DNA of 40,340 nucleotides from Puniceicoccales bacterium (GTDB lineage Bacteria; Verrucomicrobiota; Verrucomicrobiia; Opitutales; JAIRLM01): NCBI GenBank assembly GCA_031282565.1, contig JAITDL010000024.1, positions 1 to 40,340 of the forward strand, read 5' to 3'. Shown piece by piece: positions 34,351 to 40,340 of this stretch (position 1 is its first letter; each line of letters starts with the position of its first letter). The notes under the pieces were generated by a model. It saw only the letters and a program-made list of their open reading frames with translations, ran no database searches and was not told where the DNA came from. The position numbers and the translations under genes were made by a program.

Positions 34351-35337
34351 ATGCAAACGCTGCTGCAATCGATCTTGAATAAGGCGAGCGGACTCCGCGT
34401 TCTCGTCTTCGGAGACGTGATGCTGGACCACTACGTCATCGGTGACGTCTATCGCCTTTCGCCTGAAGCCCCAGTCCCCGTGGTACTTGCCCGCGAAGAC
34501 GTGTGGATGCTCGGAGGAGCGGCAAACGTCGCCAGAAACCTTGCCTCAATCGGAGTTATGGCCGAAGTCGCCGGGCTCGTCGGCAAAGATTCCATGGGTG
34601 ACCGGCTGCAAAATCTACTCACGGAGAGCAACATCCTCTTCGACAGCGCCTTCCACGACTCATCCGTGTCAACAATTTGTAAAACGCGCATCGTCGCTGG
34701 CCGCCAACAGATCTGTCGCGTGGACAGGGAGCGCAGCGTGGAAACCTACGCCGTGACAAAAAATGGTCATTTAGATTTGATTGAGAAGGCCTTAGATGGC
34801 GCCGACGTGCTCATACTGTCCGACTACGCCAAGGGCACGCTAACGCAGTCCGTGATCAATCGCATAATCAAGGCCGCCAAGGCGAAATCATGTTTCGTGG
34901 CCGCCGATCCAAAGCCAAATCGACCGCTGCAGTACGCCGGCGCGGACCTGCTGACACCAAACGCATTCGAGGCCATGACCATGGCCGGCTACGACCCCCA
35001 CGGCACACCGGATTGGCAATCGGTCTGCAAAAAAATATATACCAAACACGCGGCGAAGAATTTAGTTATCACGCTAGGCGCCGAGGGCATGCTGATCGCC
35101 AGAGACGGACAGATGTCCAAAAAGGTTCCCACGTCAGCGCGGGAGGTGTTCGACGTTTCCGGTGCTGGAGATACCGTAATCGCAGCACTTTCCGTCGCCC
35201 TCGCCAGCGGCCACACCCTGGAGGAGGCGGTGCACTTCGCCAACGTCGCCGCGGGAATTGTCGTCGGAAAACTCGGAACTGCCGTTGCAACGCCTGCAGA
35301 AATATTAAATTCTGTGCGCCAGGGTTCTGAGCAGTGA
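34351..35337 (+). CDS. D-glycero-beta-D-manno-heptose-7-phosphate kinase (HldE/RfaE domain I, PfkB family)
   Basis: LRVLVFGDVMLDHYVIGDVYRLSPEAPVPVV and the PfkB motif DVSGAGDTVIAAL. Start moved to ATG 34351 (MQTLLQS) from the ORF-track 34315. Confidence 0.85.
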   Translation: MQTLLQSILNKASGLRVLVFGDVMLDHYVIGDVYRLSPEAPVPVVLAREDVWMLGGAANVARNLASIGVMAEVAGLVGKDSMGDRLQNLLTESNILFDSAFHDSSVSTICKTRIVAGRQQICRVDRERSVETYAVTKNGHLDLIEKALDGADVLILSDYAKGTLTQSVINRIIKAAKAKSCFVAADPKPNRPLQYAGADLLTPNAFEAMTMAGYDPHGTPDWQSVCKKIYTKHAAKNLVITLGAEGMLIARDGQMSKKVPTSAREVFDVSGAGDTVIAALSVALASGHTLEEAVHFANVAAGIVVGKLGTAVATPAEILNSVRQGSEQ

Positions 35338-35996
35338 CACTGGCGGCCATTTTTGTAGTTCTATTTCCAACGCTGCTGCTAGTTTACCTATTTCGCAGAC
35401 GCAGTCGAATGCTACGCTCTGCGGCAAAATCCATCGACGGGCTGGCCGCTCTGCTCGCCAACTGCCAAAAGACAGCTAAAATCGGACGTCGCTGGCACTT
35501 GTGCGGCACATTCCGCTGCCGCAATTTTGAAATCTTCCAACTTGATAGGAGCACAACTCCATCCATTGGAAGCCGCTGCGCGATCAAATTGGCGATGGAA
35601 ATGCCAGCCGGCCGACATGACTTGAACTTACGCATCGGAAGACGGCGCTCCTTCGCGCTGATTCGACAAATTCTTGGTGACGTACAAGTTATTCTGCGCA
35701 ACAAAGTCCTCGCGAAACGAATTTCCGTCCACTGCCGAGACAGCCAATTTGCCAACGAATTTCTAAATTTTGAGGAATACGAAACTGCGCTGGAAAACCT
35801 GTGGGCCACGGACAAGCGCCGCGGAATTGTGCACATGTCAAGGGGAGTGATAGTCTACAAAACACTCTGGCGGAACGGCTACGACTTCATCGAAGAGATG
35901 CACCAGGCGCTTGGCCTAATCTGCGATCTCCACGATTTCATCCGCAGCGGTACCTGGCGATCACAGCAGCGAACCGCGTTGCACGAAGGCAGTTAA
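35334..35996 (+). CDS. Hypothetical membrane-anchored protein (220 aa)
   Basis: The GTG start overlaps the kinase stop (GTGA). N-terminal TM LAAIFVVLFPTLLLVYLF followed by RRRSR. No recognised domain. Confidence 0.55.
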   Translation: MTLAAIFVVLFPTLLLVYLFRRRSRMLRSAAKSIDGLAALLANCQKTAKIGRRWHLCGTFRCRNFEIFQLDRSTTPSIGSRCAIKLAMEMPAGRHDLNLRIGRRRSFALIRQILGDVQVILRNKVLAKRISVHCRDSQFANEFLNFEEYETALENLWATDKRRGIVHMSRGVIVYKTLWRNGYDFIEEMHQALGLICDLHDFIRSGTWRSQQRTALHEGS

Positions 35997-36587
35997 CCCG
36001 CCGAGCGCTATGGTGCTTCCGAGGGCGATAATGAAAACACCGGTCAAGCGGCTGGCGACGTCGAGGGCAAATGGCGTAATTTTTGACGCAAATTTAACGC
36101 ACACATACATTATGGCAAACAAAGCCGCCACGGCGAAGGCGACGGACGCGCATATGGAAAGACGTCCGACGAACCCGGTCATGTCGCCGCCGAGAAGAAT
36201 CACGGTGGAAATCGTTCCGGGCCCGCAAATTATCGGCACACCGAGCGGCGTTATGGCAAAGGAAAAAATATCCGCCGGTTTGCCGCCATCGTCGGCGTCG
36301 GAACCTCCACCGCTTGGGCCGAGCACCATGGACACACCGATGTAGGCGAGAAATAGTCCGCCAGCTATCTTAAATGCCTGCAGTGAAACGGAAAAAAATT
36401 CAAATGCAAGCGGACCAGTTAGCGCAACGCAGACGAGGACGCAGAGACCAATCGCGCAGGCAATCGCCGCCGCCTGAATTCTTTGGCGGCCACTGTGCCT
36501 CGCCGTCAAAGCCAAAAGCACGGCAACGGCAGACGGCGGAGAAAATATGATGAACAAGCGAAGAAAATTTCTGAACACAGTCGCCAT
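35961..36587 (-). CDS. MarC-family (UPF0056) integral membrane protein
   Basis: 208 aa from ATG 36587 (MATVFRNFLRLFIIFSPPSAV..). Multiple TM segments and FAITPLGVPIICGPGTISTVILL, typical of MarC. Confidence 0.7.
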   Translation of the reverse strand: MATVFRNFLRLFIIFSPPSAVAVLLALTARHSGRQRIQAAAIACAIGLCVLVCVALTGPLAFEFFSVSLQAFKIAGGLFLAYIGVSMVLGPSGGGSDADDGGKPADIFSFAITPLGVPIICGPGTISTVILLGGDMTGFVGRLSICASVAFAVAALFAIMYVCVKFASKITPFALDVASRLTGVFIIALGSTIALGGLTAFVQRGSLL

Positions 36588-36635
36588 GGGCGAACGCTTT
36601 TGAATTTTTTCATCGAGTAAAGGATAAATTAATAG

Positions 36636-36664
36636 TTGCCCACCTGGCGGCAGTCGTCTAGCTT
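36636..36664 (+). promoter_or_regulatory. Putative promoter of recJ (TTGCCC-N17-TAGCTT)
   Basis: TTGCCC 36636-36641, TAGCTT 36659-36664, ATG 36673 8 nt downstream. Confidence 0.4.
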
Positions 36665-36672
36665 TCGTAAAA

Positions 36673-38472
36673 ATGCATGGGAAATTAAATTGGAAGGAGC
36701 TTAGAGCCGACCACGCTGCCGTGGAGGAGCTTAGCCAAATTTTGCACGTGCCAAAAATTTCTGCGAAATTGCTAGTTGCACGTGGCCACGGCGATCCAAA
36801 TGCGGCGAGATTTTTTCTCGAACCGCACCTAAGCCACCTGGAAGATCCGTTCAAAGTCACCAGATTGAAGGTCTCCATGGAAAGGGTCGCGGACGCCATC
36901 GACCGCCGGGAAACCATTTCCGTCATCGGCGACTACGACGTGGATGGCATCACGTCTACGGCATTGATGGTCAGTGCGCTACGCTACTTTGGCGCCACAG
37001 TTCGCTACTACATCCCGCGCCGCTTCACCGAGGGCTATGGCCTATCGCAACCTGTTCTCGAACGCGCATTTGCCGATGGCCCTCCAGATCTTTTCATCGC
37101 ACTCGACTGCGCAACAAATTCCACGGAACAGCTCCAGTGGGTGAAAGACCGTGGAAGTACGCCACTTGTCATAGATCACCACCGCGCTACTCGGCAAATA
37201 GACGGAGATCTGCTGCTGGTTAATCCGAACGCGTTCGGCGGCAGCGATGGAGAGGTTAATGGAATTTTTTGCACAGGCGGTTTGGTGTTTAAGTGCCTCT
37301 ACGGATTACTGAAAATACTGCGCAGCAGGGGCAACAAACTGGCAGTCGATTATAACCTGCGCGGGCAGTTGGACCTGGTAACGCTCGCCACCGTTGCCGA
37401 CGTCGTACCAATTGTCCGGGAAAATCGCGTCTTCGTGCGCCACGGGCTCAGAGAACTGCAGAATCCTTGGCGGGTCGGCACCCGCGCCATCGTGGAGCAG
37501 GTGATTGCTGAACGCGGTAAATCTTTCACTTCGACCGATGTATCATTTAAGGTCTGTCCGCGCATAAACGCCAGCGGCCGCATAGCAGATGCCACACTGC
37601 CAGTGGAAATGTTTCTCACAGAAGACGAAGCCAAGGCCAGGCAAATCGCCGAGCAGCTGACGGAAATGAACGCCGAGAGACAGCGCATTGAATCGGAAAT
37701 CACCGAGGAGGCGAGCCGCATGGTCGAGGATAAGTACGCAAATCGCAATTCCATAGTGCTTTTCAACGACAGCTGGCACACGGGCGTCATAGGAATCGTT
37801 GCGGGGAAGTTGATGCAGCGCTATCGCAAACCTTGCGTAGTGCTTAGCAAAGAGGAAGACAACACGGCGAAGGGATCCGGCCGCTGCGTAAACGGACTCA
37901 ATCTAGTTGATTTGCTATCAAAGTGTTCCAGCTTCCTCGGAGCATGGGGCGGACACCCGCTCGCTGCTGGCATCGGCATGCCAGTCGGCAACGTTGACCG
38001 ATTCCGCGAAGCCTTTGAGGTGCAAGTCAGCGAGGCACTGAAAATCATCGACGTGGCCAACGACTTGGAAATAGCTGAGTGGCTTGACCCCGAAGATGTT
38101 ACGGAAGCATTTGTCAACCAACTGCGCAAACTGGAGCCATTCGGCAGCGGCAATCCACAACCGGTTTTTGGCATTCGCAATGTGCGATTTACATTTCCAC
38201 CGCGCATTTTTGGAAATCGCGGCCAACATTTTAATTTTTCATTCCGCGGCGGCGACGGCCAAGTGAGAGGCGTGGCGTGGAACCGGTCAGACTCCCTCCC
38301 CATAGCGCAGCCCTGCGACATTGCGATCCGGCTGAGCATCAGGTTCCACGAAGGAAATCGCTCCGTGCAAGCGGAATTAGTTGATTTTCGCAGCCAGAAT
38401 GATAGGGCGTCCCAGCAGCGGCACGCCGCGGAACCTAGTTGCGTTGGGCAGGAGGTCCAAAGCGTCCTGTAA
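36673..38472 (+). CDS. recJ: Single-stranded-DNA-specific exonuclease RecJ
   Basis: 599 aa. DHH-family motifs ISVIGDYDVDGITSTA, ALDCATN and LVIDHH. DHHA1 motif AWGGHPLAAG. Confidence 0.9.
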   Translation: MHGKLNWKELRADHAAVEELSQILHVPKISAKLLVARGHGDPNAARFFLEPHLSHLEDPFKVTRLKVSMERVADAIDRRETISVIGDYDVDGITSTALMVSALRYFGATVRYYIPRRFTEGYGLSQPVLERAFADGPPDLFIALDCATNSTEQLQWVKDRGSTPLVIDHHRATRQIDGDLLLVNPNAFGGSDGEVNGIFCTGGLVFKCLYGLLKILRSRGNKLAVDYNLRGQLDLVTLATVADVVPIVRENRVFVRHGLRELQNPWRVGTRAIVEQVIAERGKSFTSTDVSFKVCPRINASGRIADATLPVEMFLTEDEAKARQIAEQLTEMNAERQRIESEITEEASRMVEDKYANRNSIVLFNDSWHTGVIGIVAGKLMQRYRKPCVVLSKEEDNTAKGSGRCVNGLNLVDLLSKCSSFLGAWGGHPLAAGIGMPVGNVDRFREAFEVQVSEALKIIDVANDLEIAEWLDPEDVTEAFVNQLRKLEPFGSGNPQPVFGIRNVRFTFPPRIFGNRGQHFNFSFRGGDGQVRGVAWNRSDSLPIAQPCDIAIRLSIRFHEGNRSVQAELVDFRSQNDRASQQRHAAEPSCVGQEVQSVL

Positions 38473-38984
38473 ATGACGTGGAATTACTTGGCTCAGAACC
38501 ATTTGCTCAGATTTGCTCCCTGCGCGAACGCTGGAGGAGTTGCGGTGAGCGCGTTGTCCTTACGAATGGCTGCTTCGACCTGATGCATCCGGGGCATATT
38601 TTTTTATTGGAACAGGCTTCACGTTTCGGCGACCGGCTCATAGTGGCGCTAAATTCCGACGAAAGTGTTGGGAAACTTAAGGGGCCGGAGCGGCCGATAA
38701 TTCATCAGAGTCTGCGGAGCTATGCACTTCGGTCACTGCGTTTTGTCGACGGAGTTTTCATTTTCGACGGCACGCGGGTCGTCGATGAAATTCGCGCCCT
38801 GGCGCCCGATGTCTACGTGCGTGCCGCCGACAGAACATTGGTCGATCTGGACTCGAAGGAGTTGTGCGCACTTCGCGCCGTCGGCGCCTCCATTGAATTC
38901 GTCACGTTCCTCGAAGGATTTAGCACAACAAAAATCGTCGAACGCATAAGGTCCGGATATGCTATAGGCAATAAAATTAGCTAA
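38439..38984 (+). CDS. D-glycero-beta-D-manno-heptose 1-phosphate adenylyltransferase (RfaE domain II, cytidylyltransferase-like)
   Basis: VVLTNGCFDLMHPGHIFLLEQA (HxGH nucleotidyltransferase motif). Start uncertain: TTG 38439 overlapping the recJ 3' end, or in-frame GTG 38478. Confidence 0.8.
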   Translation: MRWAGGPKRPVNDVELLGSEPFAQICSLRERWRSCGERVVLTNGCFDLMHPGHIFLLEQASRFGDRLIVALNSDESVGKLKGPERPIIHQSLRSYALRSLRFVDGVFIFDGTRVVDEIRALAPDVYVRAADRTLVDLDSKELCALRAVGASIEFVTFLEGFSTTKIVERIRSGYAIGNKIS

Positions 38985-39032
38985 GTTTGTGGCAAACAGT
39001 CGTAATATTTGCTAGCATGCGCTATTGCCATG

Positions 39033-40289
39033 TCAGGATTGATCATCAGGCTTCTTTCTTTTAAGAAAAGCTAGCCTATACTTTGATTCGTCTCTCTCAA
39101 AACCTTTCTCGGCAAGTAAAACTGTGCATTTCAGATATTTGCCATCACGTGTATTATGCCATCTTCCATGCATTTTAACTGCGTATTTACTCATGGCGGA
39201 GGCGATTTGCTCAACCTTAGCAAATCCTTTGTAGCGCTTCATTTCCGATGGTTCCATCCCGTCTACTTGAGACAGCCACTTAGCACAAATGCTGCCAACT
39301 GTCGCTTCTTTCTTTGGTTTTCCTGTTGGGTATTCCACACAATCTCGAATTTTACCATATATCAGCACTTCCAAATGTGCTTTTGGAAGTGAGTCATGGC
39401 TATTATAATACATGCGATATGCATGCCATGCCATCACTCCATCGTCATTTTTGACATGATTACCGTATTTATCAAAAAAGAATTTGATACCTGTGCATAT
39501 GCCGGGATTGTCGATGATGTATTTTAGCTTATTTACGGTCGCGCCGTCTACATTTACCGTTGCATTCACATCTATCGCCATGCGCACATCGCGCTCACCG
39601 TCGCTTTCGTCATCGTGGAATTTTATCTTCACCACGCTAACATTAATTCCCGGATTGCCTATGACCGTAGACCCTATCACATCACATCTTACCGGGCGCG
39701 CTTGCAAGGCATCCTTCAGTTGAAGTGGAATGGCGGTCGGAGCCACCCATGGTGTTATCAGTGTGGCAGTAGAGGATTTTACCGTCGGCGCAATTCTTGC
39801 AACATCTGGAGGGCGCACGATCACTTCACAGGATAGCGATCCAGAGCTAACGACAAATTTTCGCAAGTCAGCACCGCCTGCGCTGCCATCTTCGCGCCAA
39901 TAGCTGCCCGCTGGATTAGATAGAATTTTCGCTAGCTGAAACAGGCCATCGCCATCAATTTTGGCGCTTGTTTCCGCTATTTGCATTGGCACCACAACAT
40001 CAGTAGCAGCCGAAGATTCTCCATCTTTTCTAAATACTGCGCGAAATATTGGATGGCAATCGCCGCTGCCGTAGCCAAGAAAATCGTAGCTGAACAGGCG
40101 ATAGTTCGCGGTTTTATTCAAAACTGCGCTCATTGCAATGGTGGGTGGCTTCAGCTCAACCGCTTCACCCATCCTTAGCCACACCACGATCTCCCGTTCG
40201 ACGGCCGGATCGCTGACTGTCGACACGAAAAGTTTGCAGCACCTGCCCCTAGACGGATCTGGTTCGCCTATGTCCCTAAAAGCCATCAC
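39033..40289 (-). CDS. Hypothetical 418-aa protein, AT-rich orphan with beta-rich modules resembling those of the 628-aa protein
   Basis: Long ORF with no TM or signal peptide seen. Segments such as VVKIKFHDDESDGERDVRMAIDVNATV ... HAYRMYYNSHDSLPKAHLEVLIYGK resemble LKFTKLGDDELHIDVDIVVATDD ... AKYLMRYTKDDQQKSMEIFVWTY by eye. Confidence 0.7.
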   Translation of the reverse strand: MMAFRDIGEPDPSRGRCCKLFVSTVSDPAVEREIVVWLRMGEAVELKPPTIAMSAVLNKTANYRLFSYDFLGYGSGDCHPIFRAVFRKDGESSAATDVVVPMQIAETSAKIDGDGLFQLAKILSNPAGSYWREDGSAGGADLRKFVVSSGSLSCEVIVRPPDVARIAPTVKSSTATLITPWVAPTAIPLQLKDALQARPVRCDVIGSTVIGNPGINVSVVKIKFHDDESDGERDVRMAIDVNATVNVDGATVNKLKYIIDNPGICTGIKFFFDKYGNHVKNDDGVMAWHAYRMYYNSHDSLPKAHLEVLIYGKIRDCVEYPTGKPKKEATVGSICAKWLSQVDGMEPSEMKRYKGFAKVEQIASAMSKYAVKMHGRWHNTRDGKYLKCTVLLAEKGFERDESKYRLAFLKRKKPDDQS

Positions 40290-40340
40290 CCTATGTGATT
40301 TCGCGGCGATGCCATTTATAATGTCCCTAGCGGCATCATT

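Noticed and set aside
36588-36926. N-terminal 113-aa extension of the MarC-family ORF (longest ORF 35961-36926)
   Set aside because: The extension is non-hydrophobic junk that overlaps the recJ promoter and the recJ 5' coding region. The MarC-like sequence begins at Met 36587.
38985-39032. Hairpin GTTTG-TGG-CAAAC between the convergent rfaE-II-type and 418-aa genes, considered as a bidirectional terminator
   Set aside because: The stem is only 5 bp with a 3-nt loop and has no flanking T/A tracts.

Overview
Gene-dense 40.3-kb bacterial chromosomal window, coding on both strands. I saw no rRNA, CRISPR array, IS element or integrase. The backbone is housekeeping: a GT2-GT4 glycosyltransferase, a LysM protein, murD, a Zn-ribbon protein, dCMP deaminase, trpS, smpB, rpoZ, an M23 peptidase, a divergent thymidine-phosphorylase homologue, an RluA-type pseudouridine synthase, an ABC-F ATPase, tRNA-Glu(CUC), a dimeric-type dUTPase, glgC, a PpiD-like chaperone, tilS, split heptose genes (hldE-type kinase and adenylyltransferase), a MarC-family protein and recJ. 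A 51-aa 'small basic protein' of the kind found in Verrucomicrobiota/Planctomycetota hints at a PVC-group organism (inference). Interspersed are at least nine orphan genes, visibly more AT-rich, several with an N-terminal hydrophobic hairpin and a Pro/Ala-rich linker. The most striking are two tandem paralogues (28409-31620) with Cys-box and His-box motifs of OTU-type deubiquitinases behind a bilobed membrane anchor. Others are a membrane-anchored GxSxG hydrolase, a 606-aa protein with a YopT-like FFDPNW box, a Cys-rich/RGG-rich protein, and large novel proteins of 628, 589, 553 and 418 aa. Together these look like a host-directed (eukaryote-targeting) effector repertoire, which is my best candidate for the undescribed system. 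Three non-coding signals stand out. A ~95-bp palindromic repeat occurs in three copies, with two near-identical direct copies bracketing the 628-aa gene next to tRNA-Glu. A recurrent TTGACA-N16/17-TAGnnT promoter geometry places start codons 6-9 nt after the -10 box, suggesting leaderless mRNAs. A perfect 9-bp palindrome sits in the centre of the divergent promoter region upstream of the first OTU-like gene. All family assignments come from motif recognition by eye; no database search was possible.
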